Origin: Antedon mediterranea
Lineage: Eukaryota > Animalia > Echinodermata
Direction: 5' to 3'
Length of the DNA: 64,000 nucleotides
NCBI RefSeq assembly: GCF_964355755.1
Contig: NC_092677.1
Coordinates: forward strand, 9,260,101 to 9,324,100
Shown here: one piece after another, positions 14,301 through 27,149 of the stretch
Layout: each line of letters opens with the position of its first letter
How positions within the stretch are numbered: position 1 is the stretch's first letter
Position numbers and translations under genes: made by a program
Notes under the pieces: generated by a model
Databases searched by the model: none
Told to the model about the DNA's origin: nothing
Seen by the model: the letters and a program-made list of their open reading frames with translations, nothing else

Positions 14301-17300
14301 AGAATGGAAGTAGTTGTGACAGATTTGAAATAAACCATTGTACATACATTTAATCATCTTCAGCTATTATTCCATTTGTACGTCTATATTCCTTTATGGT
14401 CACATTTGCTGGATTTTCAGGAGATATTTTGTACTGCATTCTTATTACGTAAGGGATGCTGTCACTTTAAAATAACGAACTTTAGAATCGAAATGTTACG
14501 GAAATAATTCCGATAGGCCTATTTGTTTACAAATACTTTTCAGAATCATGTCTCCATTCGATGTTGTCTTAATGATTCGGTCTACGAGAATGTGCGCAAA
14601 CATTGAATGTTAGTCGATTACAATAATAACATTTTAATCCTTTAAAAAGGCAACGGCATTCAGCAATATCACTTAAACATCATAAGTTTTTTTACAATCA
14701 CCGAAGATAATAATTATTATTGGACACATTAAAACAATTTGGGTAGCCGGTTGGTTATGTTGTTGTTAACCATGTGTAGTAATTGCGCACCGCATGACCG
14801 ACGTGAATTTGTGGCGGTTTATCTGGGAGCTGCACACGACTTGTCTACAAGTCTCGTTCGTACAACCGTCATCCAGGTCAGGGATTGCAATCCTGCGGCG
14901 TCCATGTGTTGCGTATTTTTCTAACATTTTAAACAGTTTAAAGTGTGCCAATTAACACATGTTTCTTATCAAAAAATGTCTAAAACATCAAGTCAAGTAA
15001 TATTGTTCCGAGTAGTCTTATGGAAATATTATTGTTCCCACTGATGGTACATTATTTGCCTGATAGGGATTTAGATCAGAGGTGAAGAGTGAAATTTTAC
15101 CCCTAGCCTGGTTTGAAGTGAATACGGAAACTATTAAGAGATTACGAGAACAATGCAATGAGCTAATGTACTGTGGTGGTCGAAATTAATTCCTTCTTGC
15201 TCGAACCAACGATGTATTTAGGCTTCAATGTAATCCTAAAGCTAATACACTATATAAACATTAATCGCATACAATTCTAAAATAACCAGTTCAAACATGT
15301 TTATTTTAGTATTAACCATCAACTATATCGAATCACCTTTTCGTTAAAGGTGAGATACTTATTGCATCCTCCAGGTCGTCGAATTGTTCCCGTCTATCCT
15401 TCATCTCTTCCTCAACTATCTTCCCTTTTAGGCCTATGCATTCATCTATTATTACGTCTATATTCTTTTATGGTCATATTTCCTGGATTTCAAGAGATAT
15501 TTTGTATTATTCTTCGTGAAAATGAAGATTATTGTCTTAATATTGGTTTCCGTATCTTACGTAATTTGCATCGGTAGGATACGGTGCCCGTCTGTCCAGA
15601 GCATAATAGTTGCTCTCTGGTCCGACTGACTTTTTACATCAATAACTAGCGTGTCATGATTGTTTAGGGTAGAAGCTTTACAACTGTTCCTTATTACATA
15701 TTAAATAATTACTAACTATTAAACAGTGTATGTAACTAATTTGTTCGTGTGGAAACCGTTTAGCCATGCCTCGAGGGGGTGAAAGTCAAGGATCTATAAC
15801 CAAGGTCGGCAAGCCCACCTTTTGCTATCCGCACTTTCTCACTCAACTGGCTCACCCAAGAAATTGCATGTAGGCCACGCATAATATGTTTTTAATGACC
15901 TATGACCGGGAATTCTCAGTGGAGTGATATTTTTAGTAAATGGGTAGCTTATACAAGTCAGCCTTACCCTAGTTCAATCCTGACGCATAAATTGTCGCCT
16001 CTAACAGGCGGCAGCAGCATTATCTCATATAATTATTTTCCGATTTATACTATTTCATTCATAACCACAAGTATATTTATTTTGTTATACTTATTATTTC
16101 ATTTTTAAGTTTATTACAAATGGTAAATTTAATGGTGAAATGCGTTTACCCATCATAACAATTAGCTTAAGTTAAAAGAAAGAGTTGAAACAAATAATAC
16201 TGTGAGTGTGGGCTATCCTTTTAAATTTTCTTTTCTGTGTCAACAACTAATAATTACATTTTTAAGTATGCCTTATTTTCCAATAAATTCAAATTAACTC
16301 TCCCGGATTCGGTAAGGGGTGGAAGTGATACTTGTTATCTTGCTATTCGGAAAAAATGTTCACACCTCTAACATTTGACCACTGGAGTATAATTTAATCC
16401 GATTGATTTAACCAAAAACCGCTTAACTGATCGCGAACAAGGAATCAGAAACTTTCAGCCAATACACATTTACAATGAATTCGCTGATGATAGACAATGT
16501 TTAGACGGTATTGACCAAACTTAAACAAACATATCTAGTGTTCTTTGTGTATATTTGATCACTAATTGGTTTTTATGTCATGCTCTATTGATATCCTATA
16601 CCCCAATTAATAGGCTATATTCAAAGTCCCTGTCGCCATTGAGATGTTCCAATTGGTTTGATCACACAATCAATGTCTTTATATTCATTTTCGAACATTA
16701 TTATATATGGTCTACTGAAGTAAACTGAATAGTCTGTTTCTCTGGACCAGCAAATGTGTGTAATAGGGCCTATAGACATTAGTTAGGGCCTATAGACATT
16801 AGTAATCTTTCGTTGTGCATATTGAATGCCTACAAGGTTGTAACAGGGTGAAACTTTCACTCTTCAGTTTGATTACTACGATCTATTAATCTTTTTTTCT
16901 TTTTACATGCCATGTAGGCCTAAGCTTACATTTATTTTAAATGTACATTCCACAACGTACAATTATACAGTGTAAAATACTCTACGAAGTAAACTGTGTA
17001 TCGTATCATACCACCAAATCTATTTCATTTTCAGCAACATTTCATGGGCTGACTTGCCCGATGTTCTAAAATAAGTATAGTGTTTATTATTATGACTATT
17101 ATAGTACGTTTAGGATACTCTGCAACTAGATATATCTTATTATGGGATCTTAATTGTGTATATCCTGTCTATCCAGTAATTTGTTGTCTATATGTCAAAT
17201 CGAATACTTTTTTATGTCAGTCTGAAAATATGTGTAGGGAGTTCCAAGGGAAGTTAGCGGGTCAAAGTGATAGGAAAGTAATGATATTAATATAGGCTAC

Positions 17301-20300
17301 AAACATTCCAATTATGATATAATATAAATATAAATCAACGATGATATAATGTTTAATAAAAATAAAACTTCTCCTGTTTCCAATATTAAATCACATTAGT
17401 TCAAGAAACATAATTTGGGTTTTAGATAGAACGAAGTTAGCTCAATCTGAATAGTATCCGAGTTACAACCGATTGTGTAAGTTAACGCCGTGTCGATAAC
17501 TCCGATATAAATCATCAAATCAGATTCATCCAGAACATCCAATGTTACTTTAACTCCGATAGGCTAAGTTTCAGAATGTAATGACAAATGGTGATGGTGA
17601 TAGAAATATCTTCCCATCGTCGGATGTCTTTTTTTAGTTTGAACTCAAAACAAGGTCGCAATGTAATCTTGATAAAGAAAAGATCGTGTAAACAAAGCTA
17701 ATGGAAGGTAACAGAGCAGCATCTAGGTAAAAAGAATGCTCTAATAATGTAAACTATTGTTGAGTATAGATCTTTGTGCATTAGGACTATACTTAATAAT
17801 AATAACAGGTAAATAAGTAAACAACTAATATTAGAAGAACTCCATAGCAGAGTTTATTTTAGAAATACCTTACAATATTGACCAAGAACTTAAGAGAAAG
17901 TAAATATGTGTTTTACATGTTCAAGTATGATAAAGTTTGTTATTTGCTTGATTCTGGGTCTTGATAAACTGAATTGTCGCCCTATTTCACCATGAAATAG
18001 AAAATGACAGGATCAAAGGCCTCGGTTCTTTCGTATGTATACTTTACTCTCTTATAAGTGTCGAAATAACCATAACTTGCGATAACATTTATATCCATAT
18101 AAACATCCCTTTGTTCAAAAACATTGTTCTCAAATTTAGATTTGAACTCGTGGTAAAGTCTCACCATAATTGGAACATGGCTCCATCGTTGGAGCAGGGA
18201 AGTATTATCTTTATACCTACCTGGTTGGAGGATAACATGATGCATCGTTTTACTTTCCTCAATGCAATCGAATTATTTTATTAAGATTTCCCTTCTAAAA
18301 AGTTTTTGTAAGAGTTTCCAATTTCTTTCTTAGGCCTACATACCTCGTGAAAATTAAAACGATACCTCTCTGCTATATGCTTGCGTTCAACGACAATACA
18401 TCATGCGAGATAACATATTTCCTTTTGAAAAACTACAAAACTTGCATGAAACTACCAATATTTTCTTGAAGGAAACTACATTTAATACATGATATTCTGT
18501 TTCTTTAAATACTCGATATCAAAAAAAACCCAAGGAAATTGATTAAACCACATGAACTCTGTACCATACCTGGCAAAACAAAACAATTAAGGAAACTCTA
18601 ACGACAGCCAAGTCTGTAAATAACGGTTTTCAAACACCGCAACTATGATGTGCTCGTTACAGGAAAGAAAGTTATTAATATTTAGCAGATATCTTTGTCT
18701 ATAAATATAATAAGTACCCACATGGTACAGTATACATTATAAGCCCTCAACCAATCTTAGTATGCTTCAGCAATAACACAATTGGGATGTGAACTAAAAG
18801 TTAAATAGGCCTACTCCTAAAATGTAAGAATCCCTTCAATCAATGATCCATATACATAGTCATTAGTGATTCTAATTAAGCTTGGTTCCCACTAGAACGT
18901 AACACAAGGACGTAAACGCAACGCAAGCGTTTTAACCAATGACAAGCAAAGTTATAGACAGTTAGCAATCACAAGCGAATATCCATCGCTTGTGATAGGT
19001 CAATTCACTTGCGTTGCGTTACGTCCTTGCGTTGCGTTACGTCCTTGCGTTAAGTTCTAGTGGGAACCAAGCTTAATTAGAGACCAAAACTGAAAAAAAA
19101 CCCTTTCTAAAGCTCTGTCTACAGACAAACTAGTTTGACAAAAAAAGTGAGAAATACCCAGATATGGTACCGTAGTGATATGACATCATCATGTCCATAT
19201 ATGGCCACATCACATTTTTTGTCACATAAAGTTTGATAGTGTAGACACTAACAGAGCTTAATAAATATAGTGGTCTTTATTTTGAAGATTTTATAGGGAA
19301 TTTTGTAGAAGTACTGTACAGTATAATTCAAAGTATTACAAAATCAGGACAAACGTTGACTTCTGTATCAACTTTAGCATTGACAATACATTTTATCATA
19401 TGAATTGAAAGGTGTAAAGTATGGGATTTACAACTTTTGTTTGAAAAAACACTTACAACCCAATACTGGTATGCTGACTGAATGCATGACAAATACTTTC
19501 AGAAAAAGACTTTAGTATTTTTTTTTATACAAAAACAATAATCTCTGGTAGGTGATAACACACAAAATATTGATAATTCAGACGGATCAGTAGTTATGAT
19601 AGATATGATTTTAAAAAGCTAATCAAAATCTTTGGTTCTAATATATTAAATTACTTAATTTTCTCTAAGGTCCTAAAGTATTATTTGAAATTAAATTTCA
19701 GTTAGTTTTTTATTTATTTCAACAATATTAACACACAGTGGTCTCTCATCAGTGTAATGTAACCATGGAGATTTGCAATATACTTTTACAGTAATCTATT
19801 TCATACAGTAATTGCTCACACTGTCTGTCCATGGTCAGACATAGCTACAAAGTGTCTTCTTTTGTGACAGGTTGATACAGTTGTTAAAAACAAATCAAAA
19901 ACTAATAATAATCTCATGCTATTAACACTAGGACATAACGCTATGAAAACAAAGTCACACATAGAGTACTGTATAACATATTTTTATAATGTTATTGATA
20001 AATTTCTTATCATGCTGTGAAATGAATAATCTGCGTTTCTCATTATCAATGGAATGATAAAAGGGATGGAATAGAAATTTACTTTTTTATCCACTAGCAA
20101 AGCTTTACTAGTTGGAAACAATTTAACTAGCAAAATGACAACCCAACTAGCAAGCTAGAGTTTTTTGTGTTCTGTAAAAAGTTTACAGTATTAATTGGCA
20201 AGTACCTTTTTAAATTAGAACCAGCAAACAATTAACTGGTTTTGACATTTTTAACTAGCAATTATGAACAATAATCTACTAGCAAATTGCTAGAATTTAT

Positions 20301-23300
20301 AGCCATCCATAGCAATGATACCAATTCAAAATAATAGGTAATGAATGAAATATTAGAATAAAAAACAGCTACTTCTACGAATCTAATTTCATACAACTGG
20401 TTTATTTTAAGTTGATAGTGAACAGTACAGTGTGAACTTTTTTAAATAAGTACAGTAACTTGTTGAATAGGTAAATATTATTCAAAAATATATTTGATCT
20501 ACACACAACTTGATTCAAAATGAAAGATGTTTCTGTAATACGAGAAACATTACCTTCAAAACACTGATTTACAAGATAAAATTTAAACCTTTTAATTTGT
20601 TGACACGTAATCTTATCTCTAATCTCCGCCTTTCTATTCCAATCAGTAAGTTCTTGTACAGTTTATGAAATGTGTAGTTGTAATATACAGATTGTATATA
20701 GATTGTTATCACTAACTGTATATGCTTGTTGAACCAATTCTTACAATGATTCAACTTTCAATGCTGCAGGGAGAATTCCCTTCTAGGGTGGTCAAAAGTT
20801 TATCAAACTAAAGCAAGCAAACAATGATTTCCACAGTACGCGTGTCGTATGCATGTTTTAACTAGAACAAATCAAGCAAAAAAATCTTTTTTGCACCAGC
20901 AGCTTATTTATATCAACGATTGTGAAAAATTCAGATAATTATTTATTCTCATGGTTTAACAGAGACTTCATTTACAAAGAGAAACAATTCTCTGTTATTT
21001 TAAGACCAATTAAAATAAATGATACTGATCTACAAGACCACTGACTGTTTAACCTTAACCTGATTGTATATAATGTGATTGATATTAAAAATTGTTTATA
21101 GTAATTTTCTATAAAGAATAATACCTACACTAAAAACCATGCATTTAATACCTCTGTACACCTATTACAGATAATCTATTCTCTTTGTTGTCTGAGTATG
21201 ACTGTTTAGTCATAACTACCCAATTTTAAATGAGAGGCCGCTTGGATTATCTGCCTATGATAAAGAAAAATTCACCTTTGTAGAAATATCAAATTCAATT
21301 TTGTTTTTCTTTAATCTTTTACATTTTACCAACAAAATTCAAAACCTGAGAAAAAGAAATGGGATCACAATGAACTTTACCTGCATTCTCTACAACAGAT
21401 AAACTATAAAACTTCTTTATCAACAAAAGTTTTGCGTTACATTACTTTTTTTTCATTTGTCTTCTTCCTCTTGATCATGTAAACCAAAACACAGACAAAA
21501 ACTAAAAACAACAACTGCAGTCATAATTATGGGATTCCAAATGATAGGTTACAAAGATTATCTATCTATAAATAAACCAAGCATTCCGTTTATCAATCAC
21601 TATTTTTTATTTCCATGTCTCTACCATGTTTCCTAACGCCTTCATGTTTCTTAACAAGCAAAACACTAACAAGGCAGATGTGGAAACATAATTATCTGAA
21701 ATTATGCATTTATTGAAATTTGGTATACTCAAACGTTATCCATTGCAAAAGAAAAATTTTTTTTTTTATTTATTTGTCATGATCATTTTAGAACTGTAAC
21801 AACACTTTAAAGGAATTATTAGAACACATATTTATAAAAATGAAATTGATGAATGAATTTATTATTTTTTGTAGATATTGGGGTTAATGAAAAATCCAGT
21901 GCTGACTTTTCTGCAGTGGACTCTTTGATGCTTGATTTTTTGAAGAAGAACCATTACTCTGGCGCAACAATGGGGATCTCTAAAGGCAACCGTCTGCTGT
22001 ACACTCAAGGTTATGGCAAAACCACAAGTGGAGAGATCAAGATGCAACCAACCACACTCCTGCCAATCTCCAGCTTGTCAAAGACTATTACAGCAGTAGC
22101 CATCTTGAAGCTTCATTCAGACAATCAAATGAACTTGACAGATAGAGTGTTTGGACCATCAGGAATTCTTGAAAATATTGTTCCACTAGATTCAGTCATT
22201 CGGGATAAACAAGTTCTTGGAATTACGGTTCAGCATCTGTTAGAACACACCAGTGGATGGGGACAGATGACACCATATTTGTATGATCCTATGCTGAATC
22301 CGGTTTACTTGGCTCGAGGTCATAATGTCACAAACATCGCTCTTGAAATGGGCATCAATGGAATTTTAACCCACAATGACATTATAAAGTTCATGTTGAC
22401 TAAGAACCTTCAATCAACTCCTGGAATGAGATTCCACTACTCAAATTTTGGTTACTGTATTCTTGGAAGAATCGTGGAAGAGATATCTGGAATGCCTTAT
22501 GAAGAGTACATAAAAGAGGAGATTTTGAGTCCGTTGGGAATGATTCACACCAGACTAGGACCACATCAAGATGGTTATATTGGTGATTCTTTACAACCTA
22601 CTCTTAACTTTGATGAAGGAGCTCTAGATATATTCACAGATGCCACATATACTCAAGATCTCTTTGAACTCTGGGACTCAACTCTTGGCTGGTTCTCTAC
22701 AGTTTATGACATCTCTAGATTTGTCAACGGTTTAACAGAAGGTAGTTTGGTGGATCATTCAGTATTATCGCTACTCAGGACTCGTCCGATATCACTGATT
22801 TCCGCAAAGAAAGAGAGATGGTATGGTTATGGGGTCTTTACTGATCGCAGTCAAGCCTGGTGGCAGGTTAGTGATCAGAATGGTGATGAAATACTTTTAC
22901 ACCACATTAGATGTAGAAACAAAATTACAGTAAAAGATGGACAAACATTTTGCAAGGATAATGAGGATTTGAGTGTGGTGATCATTATGAGTTCTAACAA
23001 CAGGAAAGACATCAAACAGTTGTCAGAATCTCTAATTGCATCTGTTGAAACCTGGCCAGCTTCAGATGAATTATCTGTAAACGATCTAGGCATAAAAACG
23101 AATGATGATGTGTTTGTGGCATCGATGATTCCAGAGAACGACATAAAAGCTGTAACAAACGCTTTCTTACGACTGAAGTACAATCCCTCTTGGATGGATG
23201 CTTATGTTGTTAATGGAAAGACTCTTTTTACAGTTGTATTTAAACTAGACAAAAAACATAACTACAGAGTTGCTTATTTAAAAACAAAACAGAGCTTGAA

Positions 23301-23883
23301 CTTACTTGTAGAGAAAAACTTAAAAGATGGTTACACCATTTCTTTTGTTGTGAGCTGCAACAGCCAGCAGGACTCTGGACGTACACGTCACTCCGTCGTT
23401 TTCAGAAACCGCAAAGAAAGTAAGAAAGAAGATAACTCTTTAACCTGGTGGAATCAATCATGGAAAAAATATATCACAGGAACACTGAATTACTATAAAA
23501 GTTATAACTATGCACCAGTTATACAAAGTGTTATAGTGCATAAAGGTATGAAACATGTAAGCTACAGATTTGAAAAAAAGAAATCCAAAAACTGGAAGTC
23601 ATACGTGGATTTACCACGAGAAAGCCTTGAGCAAGTTATTAAAGAAAACGCTCAACATAATCGTAGATTACGATATTTAGACAGTTATTTTGAGAATGGT
23701 GAATTATTATTTTCTGGAGTATTTACATCAGATTCAAATACATGGATGGTTCAGGTTGATCTAACAGAAACAGAACTAAGAGAAAACTTGACACAAATGT
23801 CCAAAAGAAACTATGAACCTGAGATGATCATTGGGTATGAAGCGAATGAGCAACCTATGTTTGTGGTTGTTTGGAAGAATTAA
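11394..23883 (+). CDS. Secreted serine beta-lactamase/AmpC-fold protein with C-terminal BTRD1 (polyglycine-hydrolase-like) repeats; 2 coding exons
   Basis: Exon 1 (11394-11472) encodes a signal peptide, MKNEVMVLKLVAFVFLVLSTTYAENE, and ends in phase 1 at G|gtaatt. The exon 2 acceptor gtag|AT at 21875 is also phase 1 and opens the 2-kb ORF. Motifs SLSK (SxxK), LLEHTSG and YSNFGY (YxN) are present. C-terminal repeats read YNPSWMDAYVVNGKTLFTVVF, RRLRYLDSYFENGELLFSGVF and YEPEMIIGYEANEQPMFVVVW. The join of exon 1 to exon 2 is inferred. Confidence 0.85.
12802..12957. mobile_element. Short MITE with inverted termini
   Basis: cgttcacaccgagcccggatt ... aatccgggctcgttgtgaacg. Confidence 0.6.
18879..19073. 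mobile_element. MITE, PIF/Harbinger-like (TWA flanks); degenerate relative near 13299-13376
   Basis: Perfect 20-bp TIR AGCTTGGTTCCCACTAGAAC/GTTCTAGTGGGAACCAAGCT and a palindromic interior. Confidence 0.8.
19111..19258. mobile_element. Hairpin MITE family AGCTCTGTCTACAC...GTGTAGACAGAGCT; other copies at ~31060-31162 (partial), 32914-33020, 40549-40707, 41057-41183 and 52471-52594
   Basis: Six similar 110-160 bp palindromic copies, mostly with TWA flanks. Confidence 0.85.
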
Positions 23884-24329
23884 TTTATTTGTATAAAGAT
23901 GAATATATTTATTAATTTATGAATTTAAATAGACAAAAAACAATGATGTTCAGCATTAGGAAAAGAAGAAGTGACCTAACAAAGAAGAATTGGCTTAGTA
24001 ATATGAAATGTGCTAAACAAAGAAGAACATTAATTTGTTTCTTTAAAAACAAGAATATAAGAAATGAATGCAATTAGTACGGCACTGTAAATATTATTGT
24101 GTAAATACGTTATTAATAAAGGAATACTTAGATGTTTACACAAATTTGTCATATTTTTGTTTAGTCTAAAAGATTGCTAATTAGTGAAACCTGAAAGTTC
24201 CCACTTAATTAAATTACTGTACTACACATTGAAAGAACTAATTATGTGTGACATTTACACCAAGGCCCTTCTTCAACATATTTTAGAATGTAAACAAAAA
24301 CAGATTCTAGTTCTAGTTGTTAAGACCTA

Positions 24330-24682
24330 GAGGATCGTAGGGGTGTAACAGATGAGATTCAGTGTACTCATCATGATACGATACACAGGGCATAAGCCAT
24401 TATCTCTTCTCCGGGCTGGTGGGGTTTTGCTGGATGGCCGTCGTTGGTTCTGTTGAACTGGGTGTCCAACCACCCTACTCTAAAGGAGTTAATAGGGTAC
24501 CGGTTTAGCCGCCGGTGTGTGACAGTGGCTGTGAGTGTGTGGACTAGTACACTGGACATACGGTTTATAGTCCTTATCCGAGAAGAATCGTTCTACTGTA
24601 CCACCAGAACCATGTAGCGAGTGAGCCCTAAACTCTTGCCGATTATACGGTTCCACTGTCTTAACCACTTGGCCACTCACTT
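24330..24682 (-). mobile_element. tRNA-derived SINE with Deu/Nin-like core
   Basis: The minus strand starts with an A-box-like GAGTGGCCAAGTGGTTAAG. It contains TTCTCGGATAAGGACTATAAACCG, resembling the recalled DeuSINE core TCGGATGAGACGTTAAACCG. A related copy lies near 39170-39410. Confidence 0.6.
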
Positions 24683-25800
24683 AGAAACTGAGAAAGATAC
24701 TTGAAAAAATGCTATATGAACACATATTGTACTGTATTTAGAAATAAAAGAAGTTGAATCATAAAAGTGATTGTATCACTAAATCAATATTAATTGATAC
24801 TTTTAAACACCCTAGAGATATTTTTGTGAAGAAGGAGCTGTATAGCTCTACACCATGCTAAACAACTGGTAAGTATAAAAGCCTTTAGGTAATTAACGAG
24901 TACTTTACAAAGGAAAGTGCTTTATTGACAATGAAAGGAATGCAATAAAAGTTACAAAATTAGAGTTCAACTTTGTGGTACTATCAATTCTGTTTTGCTT
25001 GATCTTTGAAAGGAAAATGTCCTAAATGGATTTATACTGTATCTGCCCACATGGATGAGAAGGTAGACATTCTGAGTGGGGACAAGTTATGCATTCTGGA
25101 TCTGATATATTCATAAAATTTCAACTGTTTGTCCTTTTCTGCAATCAAATAGACAATTTGTAGTAGAAGAACACCTTATTCAGGAAACAGTCACTTTCCT
25201 GTGAAAAAAATGAAGTGAGCAATATACGTGACACAGCCAACCTCTATTCAGGGAATACTTACTAATAAGGGGACACTTTTTTGGGTCAGGAACATGTCCC
25301 CTTTAATAGGGGTGTACCGTAGATAGTTTACGATAGTTCTCCACTTATCAAGGTACACTACCAGTCACCAGTTACTGTAACTATTTAATTACATGACCTA
25401 GAAATTGTATGCGAACCCCAAACCCGAGCTTACTCTTAAAAATTAAGATATTGTCTCACATAAATTGATATCAAGTTACTGATTCCGCTTAATTAATATT
25501 TTTGTAATAGAAAAAAAAATTTTTGCCACATATGGTGTGCCATATTAATAACAGAGGGCGACATCTATATTTGCATTGTGTGAAGGCAGTAACTATTAAT
25601 ATTATACTGTAACTACTTGGCCCCCCCGCCCAGTACCCAAAATATAATAAAATACCACAAATAAATTAATCATACATTTTAATTTACACAAAATCCTGTT
25701 ATATATTGCTTAATAATTGTTGGGACAAAATAACCTCAATTATTCCACAGACCCTTTAGACCTCAGCCTGCTGTCTTACCGTCAGGCTGTATATCCGCCA

Positions 25801-26538
25801 GGCATATGACCGGTTGGGCCGCCGACAAGTTGAGCCGCCGGTAATTTCTATGAAACGCCCAGCGCGTCTCTTACGACATTTCGCGTAGTGATTAGAGCGG
25901 TGTCCTAGTACAAGTTCATGGTCTTTATGTTTATTATGTCATGAAAATAAATAATATATAATTACATACTACAATGTTGGTTTGAACCACCATAACACAG
26001 CAAAGGAAAGTAGTCATATTTAATAATTAATTGTTTTTAATCTTTCAAGGTAAAAATGCTGTGCACTCTCTATTTGTCTCGCGTGGACGTGTAGGCCTAC
26101 CCAAAAGACTAATAGAGTATTGATATTCTTAAAATGATGTTAAATAATTAATATCTTTTATTTACTATATCTTTTAATATCATATTTTATTGAATTTTAC
26201 AATTTTAATACACAAAATATTTCCCTAAAAAACGGTGATTTTATGTAATTATTTAACCTGAGGGGGCAACATGTTTACGTCATTTTTGGCTAAAAACGAT
26301 CATTTTCGGTGATGTTTTAGGTCTTTTATTTTGGAATCTACAAGTACAAGTCAGATTTTCATATTAGTTCTTTAAATTGTAATATTTAATACTATACTAA
26401 AAAGTGTGATATAAACTTCGTTATCCCTAATGAAAATAGAACTTCTATTAAATAAAAAACGAGCACCGGCGAAAGTTAGCATTTGGCGTTTCATAAAAAA
26501 TAACGTTTTTCTGGCGGCGGCTCAACCTGGCCTAATCC
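25801..26538. mobile_element. Non-autonomous DNA transposon, 8-bp TSD ATCCGCCA, GG...CC termini (MULE/Merlin-like)
   Basis: atccgcca|GGCATATGACCGGTTGGGCCGCC ... GGCGGCTCAACCTGGCCTAATCC|atccgcca, plus subterminal inverted tatgaaacgcc/ggcgtttcata. Confidence 0.75.
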
Positions 26539-27149
26539 ATCCGCCAGGGGGGTTCGGGACCTGTTGAGTGTTGTGCTGTGAATCTTTACTGTTGTAGGCC
26601 TAGCTACCTCTAACTATAGGACTAGAGCTGTAACTCAAAAATACTTTGGTATTGTAATTTATAATAGTAGTACAAACGTATAAGCACAACATTAATGAAA
26701 TTATTAAAATAATCTATTACAAATTACAAATGAGTTGAATTTCCGAAGTTTACCTTAAAAAAGTTGCTGTTCCAAGAAAATACAGACCACGTTGAATTGT
26801 TTACATTTAGCGCCCTCCTTCATTTTCCACTTTATACACAATAATGATTTAAAAATAAATTTAAGTATATTTTAATACTTTAACGTAAATTCGAGACACA
26901 TTAAAATAAAGTATGTATAAATAAATATTTTACAATCAATTTGTAAATTATAGATTTTAAATATGAATACAATATTATTAAACACTCATCTCATAGTTTT
27001 TTGTGAGCCTAATCAGACAGCACACGTCACACATCATAAAAATAATATCGGCGGCGGCAGTTTCGAAAATCGAAATTCCTTCACACTCTGACAACAGAAG
27101 GCTAGAAGATCATCAAAGCGAAAAAAAAAAATATAATAACTGATCAATA

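Noticed and set aside
14357-15530. Two similar ~90-bp segments near 14360-14445 and 15440-15530
   Set aside because: Probably decayed fragments of an interspersed repeat; no termini or coding signal to support a feature.
21853-23883. Bacterial contamination, or LACTB ortholog
   Set aside because: It is embedded among host genes and MITEs with a phase-compatible spliced signal exon. The extra C-terminal repeats and intron-free body do not fit LACTB.
24371-24680. tRNA gene or small protein-coding gene (e.g. KIAA1143, the human head-to-head neighbour of KIF15)
   Set aside because: Only an A-box-like head is present, with no full cloverleaf. A related copy near 39.2-39.4 kb indicates a SINE, and I found no KIAA1143-like peptide.
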